Shown here in pieces: positions 9,285-16,516 of a DNA stretch of 39,264 nucleotides (position 1 is its first letter; each line of letters starts with the position of its first letter). Location: IMG/VR virus record IMGVR_UViG_3300005731_000047, positions 1-39,264 of that record; one strand, 5' to 3'. The notes under the pieces were generated by a model that worked only from the letters and a program-made list of their open reading frames with translations, was not told where the DNA came from and searched no databases. Both the position numbers and the translations under genes were made by a program. The DNA is from a virus (taxonomy: Duplodnaviria > Caudoviricetes).

Positions 9285-9699
9285 CTCGAATGCTCCGCTT
9301 TTGGAAGTCCAACCAAAGCTGTAGAACAAGACCAGCTAGAGTGGTGGTCATAGCCACACCCATACCCGCCATAACCTCAACAACCAGAACCTTAACGTCG
9401 TCAACTGTTTCAAGGTCTACACTCGCCGCAGAACCAAGAGCAATCATGAATCCGATGATTGTACCCAAGAAGCCAAGGCGCGTCATAATCTCGGTGATGA
9501 ACTCGTGCCAATGCGTCCAGTTTTTGCCGATTGTGCTTGCCGATGTTGCGAGGGCTAGGGCAATCATTCCAAGCGTCATATAGGTCACGTCACGCGCCAG
9601 AATCTCGTTGACCAGATCAAAGCGATACCAACCCACACCGAAGCAGATTATACCCACGATGAACACGGTCCACCATTTCCAGAAGTTTGATACCCTCAT
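9277..9699 (-). CDS. MotA/TolQ/ExbB-family proton-channel subunit
   Basis: LGFLGTIIGFMIAL and GMGVAMTTTLAGL signature helices; four TMs; GGGGAG RBS before ATG 9699 (alternative start 9714). Confidence 0.85.
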   Translation of the reverse strand: MRVSNFWKWWTVFIVGIICFGVGWYRFDLVNEILARDVTYMTLGMIALALATSASTIGKNWTHWHEFITEIMTRLGFLGTIIGFMIALGSAASVDLETVDDVKVLVVEVMAGMGVAMTTTLAGLVLQLWLDFQKRSIRDG

Positions 9700-9703
9700 T
9701 AGG

Positions 9704-9838
9704 CTACTCCCCATTATTCGCTGCCAAGCGTTCCTTGGCGCGGTTGCGTTCTTCTTTTGTCATTGGTCGGATTTTGGGTTTCTGAGGAACATTGCCGCCC
9801 CGAACCCACATGTCGATATATTCTTTGGTAGTACACAT
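9704..9838 (-). CDS. 44-aa basic peptide, first ORF of the envelope operon
   Basis: Strong AGGAGGT RBS; MCTTKEYIDMWVRGG...NNGE; below the ORF-track cutoff. Confidence 0.6.
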   Translation of the reverse strand: MCTTKEYIDMWVRGGNVPQKPKIRPMTKEERNRAKERLAANNGE

Positions 9839-9863
9839 GGCACACCTCCTAATAGTACCTTAT

Positions 9864-9893
9864 AGCCTAGAGGAGGGGTTGTATATGTGTCAA
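9864..9893 (-). promoter_or_regulatory. Sigma70-like promoter for the envelope operon, TTGACA-N18-TAGGCT
   Basis: Consensus -35 at 9893-9888 and -10-like hexamer at 9869-9864, just upstream of the AGGAGG RBS. Confidence 0.55.
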
Positions 9894-10093
9894 TCGGTCG
9901 CGGTGTTTATAACCATTCTGCGGTATGCGGCCAGGTTCTTAATCTGAATAGCCATGGTCTTTAAATGCGGATCGCCGCTGCGTTCCATATCTCGAACGTC
10001 AGCAGCGAAATGTCTAGCTGTATAATTTACGTCAGCTATTGTTGGTGAATTGCGTAAAGCGTCTTTAATCTTCGTCGCTAGTGTCAGGCTCAT
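9890..10093 (-). CDS. Hypothetical protein
   Basis: ORF with GGAG RBS, co-oriented with neighbours. Confidence 0.55.
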   Translation of the reverse strand: MSLTLATKIKDALRNSPTIADVNYTARHFAADVRDMERSGDPHLKTMAIQIKNLAAYRRMVINTATD

Positions 10094-10259
10094 TCTCCGC
10101 CTTTACCATAGATTCAAATTCAGATTGTAGCTTTAGAGCGCCGGATACTAAAGCCGTTGGGTCGATTCCGCTTAGGCCCTGAATGCGTGTAGCGCCTACG
10201 CCGTTATCAGCCATTGTTAGAAGTGCTGAGATTTCTTCTTTTCGTAAGTCTAGTGTCAC
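10065..10259 (-). CDS. Small hypothetical protein (possible fibre chaperone)
   Basis: AAGGAGG RBS then GTG at 10259, directly after the fibre gene stop. Confidence 0.55.
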   Translation of the reverse strand: MTLDLRKEEISALLTMADNGVGATRIQGLSGIDPTALVSGALKLQSEFESMVKAENEPDTSDED

Positions 10260-10269
10260 ATTTCCCTCC

Positions 10270-11022
10270 TTATTTAGCGACCCATCCAGTATTTCCGGTT
10301 CCGCTTTCCTTAATGTATAGCGTGGTCGAGGCCCCCCCGTCTGTTCTGGTATACATTGAGCCAATACCAGCCGTGACCGAGGATTCCGGTGTTCCAGAAC
10401 CTGATAACCAGACAACGTCACTCGAAGACGTTGGCGCGAAGTACGCGCCGCCAGTCGTTGCGTTGGTGCCGAACGATCCTAGTGTTGAGCCATCTTCTCT
10501 AATTTCAAAAACAGAACCTGCGGAAGACATCCTGTTCAAATATGCGACCGCTCCTCCGTCACGCGATACGGCTAGATAAGAACTAGAGGCGTTATAGTGC
10601 AGCCCTTCCGTTGTTGAGGAGCCGGATATATCCGTCGTGCAGTTAACGGAAAGCGCTCCAGTATTTGAGAATCTAGCCCGTTCAGTGTAACTCGAACCGT
10701 TAACTAATATTAGATTTCCGCCCGCAGACGTGCCTAGATTGAGATTGTCGCTCGTGTCCATCCAAAGCGCTGTTCGCTCTGTAGAGCCTGAGTCTAAAAA
10801 CCTTACTTGCGCATTGTTCGGCTGAATTGTGTTACCGACCTTTGTGACGGCAAACTTAGACCCCCCACCCGTCTGTAGGTCCATCAACAACGAACCAGCA
10901 GCGGAGGCTGTGTCGGTGACGTTTATCTTAATGGCAGTGAAGGCGGTTGCGCCGTCATTCCAGACGATACTCATATCTGAAAGGCTCTTATCGGAAAACC
11001 TGCCCTCGAATGGACTCTGCAT
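10270..11022 (-). CDS. Tail/head fibre-like receptor-binding protein
   Basis: G/S/T-rich beta-repeat; C-terminal GTPESSVTAGIGSMY...LYIKESGTGNTGW module seen at tailspike ends. Confidence 0.7.
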   Translation of the reverse strand: MQSPFEGRFSDKSLSDMSIVWNDGATAFTAIKINVTDTASAAGSLLMDLQTGGGSKFAVTKVGNTIQPNNAQVRFLDSGSTERTALWMDTSDNLNLGTSAGGNLILVNGSSYTERARFSNTGALSVNCTTDISGSSTTEGLHYNASSSYLAVSRDGGAVAYLNRMSSAGSVFEIREDGSTLGSFGTNATTGGAYFAPTSSSDVVWLSGSGTPESSVTAGIGSMYTRTDGGASTTLYIKESGTGNTGWVAK

Positions 11023-11068
11023 TATCGCCTCTCATGCATAAATATGCGTTGAATTTCTACTCTCGCGC

Positions 11069-11097
11069 ATTTTAGCAAGAACGCGCCCCTAAAGCAA
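11069..11097 (-). promoter_or_regulatory. Sigma70-like promoter TTGCTT-N17-TAAAAT (extended TG) for the 10270..11022 gene
   Basis: Hexamers at 11097-11092 and 11074-11069. Confidence 0.6.
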
Positions 11098-11116
11098 TCA
11101 CTTGCTCACCCGACGC

Positions 11117-12982
11117 TTACACAGTCGTCCCGGCCGAATCCACCCAATTGCTCCCATCATACCAAATTGGCGTTCCTAGTGTTGTATCAAAATATGTCGC
11201 GCCAATAAACCCAACACCCGAGACGACGGCAGGGCGTGACGCCGTAACCCCCGCTAATGTAGGGATAACAGCCATCCATCCATTTTGATCGTAGCCTGTC
11301 GTTTTAACCCACTCGCGCTTTGTATACGAAGACGTGAAGGAGTGATGGTATCTTGTCCCCGGCCCCCCGAAGATAACCCCTTCCGGGGAAACAGTGTTCT
11401 TTTGGTGCGCCAGTATCGTCGCATAAGAGCCTGCTGTGCCTGTGAAATTTATCTGCTGGTTTTGGTTGTAATAGGACATATGCACACTCTCATCGACAAG
11501 GATGTGATCACAATCTGTCAGGCTGATATTTATAGGCCAATCATGGCTAGGCGTTAATGCCGCATAGTCGTCTGGCTCGTGAACGTTCAAAGTGTCAACG
11601 CCGATGATACTACCACCGATTACCGTGACTTGCTCACTGGCAGAAATTTGCATTCCATATCTAGTTACACCGTCAAGTGCGTTGTGGATGTTGTGGCAGT
11701 TAGCTACGGTTACATCTATAGCCTGTGTAACAGTAATCCCAAACTGCTCATTGTCGTAACTTAAAACGCCATTAGCTGTAACATTACGGCAACGCCCAAG
11801 CACAACGCCAGAACCTAAGTTATCATGGTATCGCCCACCTATCACCGAAATATTCGGTACTAGCGGGTCGGTAAGGCCGGACCCTGAGTGGCGTGTGATT
11901 TGGATGCCGTCCGTAGTGTTCAAATAGGAATTGCAATTACTGATAGTCATCTTCCCAAGAGCGCCTAACTCCGATTGGAGGGAAAGATTTGACTTAACAT
12001 AAACCCCAGCCCCCACATTCGAATAGCACTCAAGCCCGTCAACTAAGACCTCCAACCCGCCAGCAGAAATATCTATGCCGTTCCCGTTATTGCCTAACGG
12101 GTCTCCATTGTCGTGACTGGAGCCGCCCCTAACGACAATGCCATCATTATGTCCTCTTAGCTTTATCCCGTCTAAGGAGTTGCTGTACCCCTCAAAGTTC
12201 TCGATTAAAGCCTCGTCAGTAAACTGCACCCTAAGACCATAACCGCTTTTAGCGTTCGACCCACGGCAATTACTTATGCGTATCCTAGATACAGTCCCAG
12301 AAACCGCGCCCAGATCACCGTCAATCCAAAAGTTTGTTCCGAACCCATCAGCGGAAACACTCTCTAGAACAGCCCCTGACGCCGACCCTAAAACTTTAAC
12401 CCCAACAGTTCCTGAATCCGCGATATGTACTAATGATAAGTTTCTCACGGTTGTGTTAGACTTGTTGTCAATATTGACAAAGCCGTCACTCAAAGGGGTG
12501 GATGTAGTGCAGTGCAGAATTGCACCCCTACTAGAGGCTTCTAGTAGTTGACCGGACAGAAGCGTTATAGTGTCAGAAATTCCATAATAACCATCTGGCG
12601 TATAGATGTTCAATCCGCTCGCCGCTGCATCCTGAAACGCAGCCGTGTCATCCGTGCTGTAGAAGTATTCTGAACTAGAAACAGTCGTCGCTGCTGCCTC
12701 CGTGGTCTCCACCTCGGAGGCAGACGTAATGCTTGCAATCGTGGTTACAAGACCAACTCCAGCCGCGCCTGCCCCCGCGATGATTAAAACCTTGCCAACG
12801 TCACTTGAAGTGAATGCCCCCCCCGCAGACGTAAAGGTGTTGTCAGATGCCGTGATAGCCCCGTCAGAGGCGCTAATCCCATCCCCCTTAGCGCCGTATT
12901 CCTTAACGTTAATGGGCGCGCCTTCGACGCGGGTCTTTTCTGCTCGTGATAAGTGTCGCGGTCCAAATGGGCTGCGCGTCAT
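11117..12982 (-). CDS. Tailspike / polysaccharide depolymerase (right-handed beta-helix, pectate_lyase_3-like)
   Basis: INVKEYGAKGDG...DDTAAFQDA, IYTPDGYY, many N..DGI parallel beta-helix repeats, C-terminal YFDTTLGTPIWYDG module. Confidence 0.88.
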   Translation of the reverse strand: MTRSPFGPRHLSRAEKTRVEGAPINVKEYGAKGDGISASDGAITASDNTFTSAGGAFTSSDVGKVLIIAGAGAAGVGLVTTIASITSASEVETTEAAATTVSSSEYFYSTDDTAAFQDAAASGLNIYTPDGYYGISDTITLLSGQLLEASSRGAILHCTTSTPLSDGFVNIDNKSNTTVRNLSLVHIADSGTVGVKVLGSASGAVLESVSADGFGTNFWIDGDLGAVSGTVSRIRISNCRGSNAKSGYGLRVQFTDEALIENFEGYSNSLDGIKLRGHNDGIVVRGGSSHDNGDPLGNNGNGIDISAGGLEVLVDGLECYSNVGAGVYVKSNLSLQSELGALGKMTISNCNSYLNTTDGIQITRHSGSGLTDPLVPNISVIGGRYHDNLGSGVVLGRCRNVTANGVLSYDNEQFGITVTQAIDVTVANCHNIHNALDGVTRYGMQISASEQVTVIGGSIIGVDTLNVHEPDDYAALTPSHDWPINISLTDCDHILVDESVHMSYYNQNQQINFTGTAGSYATILAHQKNTVSPEGVIFGGPGTRYHHSFTSSYTKREWVKTTGYDQNGWMAVIPTLAGVTASRPAVVSGVGFIGATYFDTTLGTPIWYDGSNWVDSAGTTV

Positions 12983-13054
12983 GGCGTGTCTCCAGAATTA
13001 TTGATTGGTGACAATCTAACCTATTTCGCCAAAGAACAAAAGTGAAGCCACTAA

Positions 13055-13243
13055 TTAGTGCATCCCGCCAACCGTATCAAAACAAAGACTGACTTTAGCC
13101 GCAGCCACGAAGGCTAAATACAAATCCTGTGGGTCGGCCCCCTCAAGATACGCCTGATAAGCAAACTCGATAATTTCATCTGCCATTTCTTCAGCTTTGG
13201 TCGGCTCGTCTTCGGTGTGTTCTACGGGCTGATGCATGGTCAT
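13055..13243 (-). CDS. Hypothetical protein
   Basis: ORF in the operon with a purine-rich RBS. Confidence 0.55.
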   Translation of the reverse strand: MTMHQPVEHTEDEPTKAEEMADEIIEFAYQAYLEGADPQDLYLAFVAAAKVSLCFDTVGGMH

Positions 13244-13247
13244 AATT

Positions 13248-13439
13248 CTACCCCCTTGCAGAGCTAAATTCAACCTTTCCCTTACGCATGTTTTTCAGCA
13301 TTTGGATGCTGAGAACCCGTAACTCTCCCTTTGGGTATGCCTTTGTGATTCTTTCTTTTGCGTCCGCGCGGTCTTCTGCATAAACGCAGTGCTGGATCTT
13401 TTCAGCGCCACGCATGATGATTGCTCTATACTGCTGCAT
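13248..13439 (-). CDS. Hypothetical protein
   Basis: GGAGG RBS; overlaps the upstream gene. Confidence 0.55.
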   Translation of the reverse strand: MQQYRAIIMRGAEKIQHCVYAEDRADAKERITKAYPKGELRVLSIQMLKNMRKGKVEFSSARG

Positions 13440-13731
13440 TCTTTTCCTCCATTGGGTTGTATGTCCAAACATCGTTTGCCACTTGATCGGCCAGCTTGGA
13501 AAGATAAGGATTCGCCTCGGTCCTACTTACCGAATTTTTGAAGGACGTCGCGTCTCGACCAAAGAAGCCCATTATGTCGCGGTAATTATACCCGAACTCT
13601 TTAGCCACAGAAAGCGTGACGTGCCTTGCTCCGCAAATGCGAACATCTCGCCCTCGCCCGATTATATGGGTTTGGGGTACGCCAGTCCTTTTGGCGACCG
13701 CGTTTGTGATTTCCTCAAGTGTCGGTGTCAT
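13426..13731 (-). CDS. DnaA C-terminal-like HTH DNA-binding protein
   Basis: I...VA...GV....I.G..R...I..ARH.......G.....I...F.GRD.TS pattern of Bac_DnaA_C. Confidence 0.8.
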   Translation of the reverse strand: MTPTLEEITNAVAKRTGVPQTHIIGRGRDVRICGARHVTLSVAKEFGYNYRDIMGFFGRDATSFKNSVSRTEANPYLSKLADQVANDVWTYNPMEEKNAAV

Positions 13732-14186
13732 GTGTGCCTCCTAATATCTTCTTCTGTGACCATACCCGACTCCAATAGCTGACGGATTAAATCCGGCCTT
13801 GGAACTAAGTAGCTTGGCATAGGTTTTACAGCCTTAAACTCTTTTGCCCAATGTGACAGGGTGTCGCTGTCTGTCGGTTTTTGCTTGGATAGCTTGGATT
13901 CCACCACCTCGTCCAGAAACCTTTTCTTAGAAAGATATGTTGAAATGTGAGTATTCGCCGCCCCTATGCATTCCTCTTTTGTTAACCCTTGGAATGTCGC
14001 CAGCCTTTCACTCGCAAGAGTTTGCTCTGGTGGGGTTAGCTTACTCCACATCTTCTCAGCTTGACCTTTGTTGCCGTGCTTCTGGCCTTTGGGTATGGAT
14101 TGCCAGAAGGTTTCAAATGGGCTTGCTTGCTGGTCGGGCAGTGGTTGACCGCAGCACTCGCAGTGGGTTTGGAAAAGGTCGTTCAT
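13728..14186 (-). CDS. Putative phage replication initiator (C-terminal-domain type)
   Basis: FETFWQSIPK..GNKGQAEKMWSKL...HISTYL.KKRFLDE motif typical of phage replisome organisers; adjacent iterons. Confidence 0.7.
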   Translation of the reverse strand: MNDLFQTHCECCGQPLPDQQASPFETFWQSIPKGQKHGNKGQAEKMWSKLTPPEQTLASERLATFQGLTKEECIGAANTHISTYLSKKRFLDEVVESKLSKQKPTDSDTLSHWAKEFKAVKPMPSYLVPRPDLIRQLLESGMVTEEDIRRHT

Positions 14187-14193
14187 CTCAAGT

Positions 14194-14242
14194 CTTTCGT
14201 AGTTCTTTCGTAACTTACTTAATTTCTTTCGTAACCTTTCGT
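14194..14242. repeat. Four CTTTCGT direct repeats (putative iterons, replication origin)
   Basis: Copies start at 14194, 14205, 14226 and 14236 (spacing 11/21/10) in AT-rich DNA just upstream of the initiator. Confidence 0.65.
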
Positions 14243-14245
14243 TAA

Positions 14246-14262
14246 TACGGCAAGTTGTCGCA
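14246..14262. promoter_or_regulatory. 17-bp palindromic box TACGGCA-AGT-TGTCGCA (RegA/PrrA-like)
   Basis: Matches the motif recurring in six intergenic sites. Confidence 0.6.
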
Positions 14263-14300
14263 GTGAATAATAAAGCAAGTTTCTATAACTCATAGTTCCG

Positions 14301-14774
14301 CTACTCCTCGCGACCTATTGTAGACAGCCAACTATCAATGCCCCTGAAGTCGTCTTCGAAAACATTGCTCTTACCCATATTACAGTCATTGCAGAGGACC
14401 TGAAGATTCGCCACGTCCAACTCTAACGCGGGGTATTTCGAGCGAGGCTTAATGTGATCCACCACCAAGCGACCGCTTTTTGTATCACCTGGCGACCAAC
14501 CGCAACACTGACACCTGTGACCATACGCCCTTAATGCCTCATACCTGACAGACTTCCACTCCCACGACGAATAGAAGTTAGATGATTTTTTCCTTGGCGG
14601 ACTTTCGCCAGCCATTTCACTAGCCAACCTTCTTTTCCAACCCTTTTGGGGAGGCCACGGAACCCCCAAACTCAGAAGAGCCGCCTTTGAATAACCGCCA
14701 TTTTCTGTTATTAGTCGCTCGATTTCCTTATTCGCGAACTTCACAGACCTAACCTTACGTTTCCTGTTTGTCAT
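14301..14774 (-). CDS. HNH endonuclease with an N-terminal GVPWPPQKGW domain
   Basis: FY.SWEW..VRY, CQCCG, VDHIKPRS, NLQVLCNDCNMGKSN. Confidence 0.9.
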   Translation of the reverse strand: MTNRKRKVRSVKFANKEIERLITENGGYSKAALLSLGVPWPPQKGWKRRLASEMAGESPPRKKSSNFYSSWEWKSVRYEALRAYGHRCQCCGWSPGDTKSGRLVVDHIKPRSKYPALELDVANLQVLCNDCNMGKSNVFEDDFRGIDSWLSTIGREE

Positions 14775-15108
14775 CTCTTATCCTATTCAAACCTTATCTA
14801 AAGTCGTTCGAAAGACAGAATGCGACTTAGGGCCTAGGAATTAAAACCTAGCCAATCGCCCCGTCTATCGTAATCTTGCTTCAAACCTTAGAGCCAGAGC
14901 CGCTACGAATTGACACTGACCTCTTTTCCATCCGAAGCCAGCGGACCCAAATTGCTCGCCGCATAATGGTTGCAGCGGGTGCCTAGACCGTTGGGCCACC
15001 CCTAGGGGAATGCGTGGTCCTGCGCTTATGCACCGTTCCCGATAGCGCAATTACAAACACAGCCTCGGCAAGTCGTCCCGCTCAACTGCATTCTTATGTG
15101 GGAAAATG

Positions 15109-15137
15109 TTGCAAGCCTAAACCTTATCGGTTATATC
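15109..15137 (+). promoter_or_regulatory. Promoter TTGCAA-N17-TATATC driving a putative sRNA
   Basis: Hexamers at 15109-15114 and 15132-15137. Confidence 0.5.
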
Positions 15138-15143
15138 TTACTT

Positions 15144-15220
15144 GCGTCCGGTTCACTTCCCACAGATCGACGGACGTTCAGGCGGTTTGAGTCTTAGGAC
15201 TCGCCGCCGCTTTCTTTTCT
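15144..15220 (+). ncRNA. Putative ~75-nt counter-transcribed sRNA (two hairpins, intrinsic terminator)
   Basis: CGTCCG(15145-50)/CGGACG(15171-76) stem; GGCGG..GAGTC-TTAG-GACTC..CCGCC stem (15181-15208) then TTTCTTTTCT; no ORF. Confidence 0.55.
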
Positions 15221-15277
15221 ACAGCATATTTCCTGAAGTTCAAGGATTATTAATTGAACGCTTGTTCATTTCCTAAC

Positions 15278-15322
15278 TGCGACAATCTGCCCCTTGAATA
15301 CCCCTCTAAGCAATGCTAGATG
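15278..15322 (+). promoter_or_regulatory. Early-arm promoter TTGAAT-N17-TAGATG preceded by box TGCGACA-ATC-TGCCCCT
   Basis: Box at 15278-15294 abuts the -35 (15294-15299); GGAGG RBS follows. Confidence 0.6.
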
Positions 15323-15344
15323 TAATGCAAATGGAGGAAAGATT

Positions 15345-15485
15345 ATGACTGACAAATGTCAATATGACGTGTGGACCATAAATCGTATATATGACGCTGG
15401 GATCATAATTGCTATCTATGATGTGGGAGATCATATGAATATCTTAACGCGCTGCCGCGCCGCTCTGCGTGAAGGGGGTGAGTGA
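15345..15485 (+). CDS. Small hypothetical protein
   Basis: GGAGG RBS; first ORF of the plus-strand arm. Confidence 0.55.
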   Translation: MTDKCQYDVWTINRIYDAGIIIAIYDVGDHMNILTRCRAALREGGE

Positions 15486-15670
15486 TGAACGCCTGCACTG
15501 ATTGCGTGAACTACGAATACAACGAGGACTGCGACGATCATTACATAACCGCGAGTTGGGTTGAGTGTAAGGCGCGCCCCGCCTTGGCTAACCTCAAGCA
15601 GTTTCCTTTCAAGCAGACCAAATGCAACAGCTTTATTTTGCGCCGACCGAAGGAGACCCACAATGACTGA
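15482..15670 (+). CDS. Cys-rich small hypothetical protein
   Basis: CxxC...C...C; overlapping start/stop with neighbours. Confidence 0.6.
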   Translation: MMNACTDCVNYEYNEDCDDHYITASWVECKARPALANLKQFPFKQTKCNSFILRRPKETHND

Positions 15671-16301
15671 CACAACCCAAACCGAACTAGTTCCGTGCCC
15701 GTTTTGTGGGGGCAAATTGTTAGTTGTCCGCTTTGACGAGACGTGTTGCCCCGTGGAGCATGAAGCTTATGCGCATTGCGTTGATTGCGATGCGACTGGG
15801 CCAGTCGCTTACGGCCATGACACACAAATGGAGGCCCAAGCCGCAGCCATCACCGCATGGAACACCCGCCAGCCCACCGGAATAGCCGAAGATCTGCACC
15901 TGATGAAGACCGCAGGGATTGTTGAGGTTGCCGTTCGAAACCCCAGTGTCGCGGAATATATGGAGCATTGGGAAGGCCGAGCGATAAAGGCCGAGGCAGA
16001 GCGCGGAGTAGCCGCAGCGGCAGCGCTGCAAATGGCGGCGGAAGCATACCGCAAAACATTACCACAGACGGGAAGCACACAAACACCACGTGGGGTTCAG
16101 GTGATCCGCAACCTCATCGACCCTGACGCCCCGTCAATCCTAGCAGAACGGGAACGGGCCGCGAAGGTGGAAGGGGTGCGAGAGGTTGCCGCCCTTGTGG
16201 ATGCCCACACCGTTAAGGGCGCACAGGGTCATTACGTTCTAGATTACGACGAGTTCCGCAGGGCGTTTGAGCGCATCGCCGCAACCGAGGGGGAGGTGTG
16301 A
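15663..16301 (+). CDS. Lar-family restriction-alleviation domain protein (mosaic C-terminus)
   Basis: AAGGAG RBS; LVPCPFCGG...CVDCDATGP...AAITAWNTR. Confidence 0.8.
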   Translation: MTDTTQTELVPCPFCGGKLLVVRFDETCCPVEHEAYAHCVDCDATGPVAYGHDTQMEAQAAAITAWNTRQPTGIAEDLHLMKTAGIVEVAVRNPSVAEYMEHWEGRAIKAEAERGVAAAAALQMAAEAYRKTLPQTGSTQTPRGVQVIRNLIDPDAPSILAERERAAKVEGVREVAALVDAHTVKGAQGHYVLDYDEFRRAFERIAATEGEV

Positions 16302-16507
16302 TGGGCTGGCAACCGATAGAGACCGCGCCGAAGGATCACTCGCGTATTCTTCTTTACGTGCCGCCTTATGGGGTATCGACTGGGCATTTTGATTGCGTAT
16401 GGGACTGCGGAACACACCGCTGGATAATGCATTCTGTTCTAAACAAATCCGCCCACCCAACCCACTGGATGCCACTACCCACCCCACCAACAGACGAAAA
16501 GGAGTGA
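16298..16507 (+). CDS. DUF551-family protein
   Basis: WQPIETAPKD...PTHWMPLP. Confidence 0.85.
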   Translation: MMGWQPIETAPKDHSRILLYVPPYGVSTGHFDCVWDCGTHRWIMHSVLNKSAHPTHWMPLPTPPTDEKE

Positions 16508-16516
16508 GAGGGATGA
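16475..16516 (+). repeat. 42-bp direct repeat (2 mismatches) with 17615-17656, carrying stop, RBS and next start
   Basis: ctacccacc(c/a)caccaacagacgaaaaggagtga(g/t)agggatga. Confidence 0.9.

Noticed and set aside
8649-9699. Canonical Zorya system
   Set aside because: No long ZorA tail, no OmpA-like domain in the B subunit, and no ZorC/D/E genes
13007-13023. Seventh palindromic box upstream of the tailspike
   Set aside because: Only one half-site (GGTGACA) matches
14865-15050. 61-aa minus-strand ORF
   Set aside because: TTG start without a clear RBS, no recognisable motif, and it overlaps a hairpin-rich region
14301-15100. IscB/HEARO element or group I intron
   Set aside because: The HNH protein lacks PLMP and RuvC motifs and is only 157 aa; I could not identify intron core elements or a split exon
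15238-15268. Alphaproteobacterial LexA box
   Set aside because: The GTTC copies are not in the GTTC-N7-GTTC arrangement; only a short TGAAC-N4-GTTCA palindrome is present
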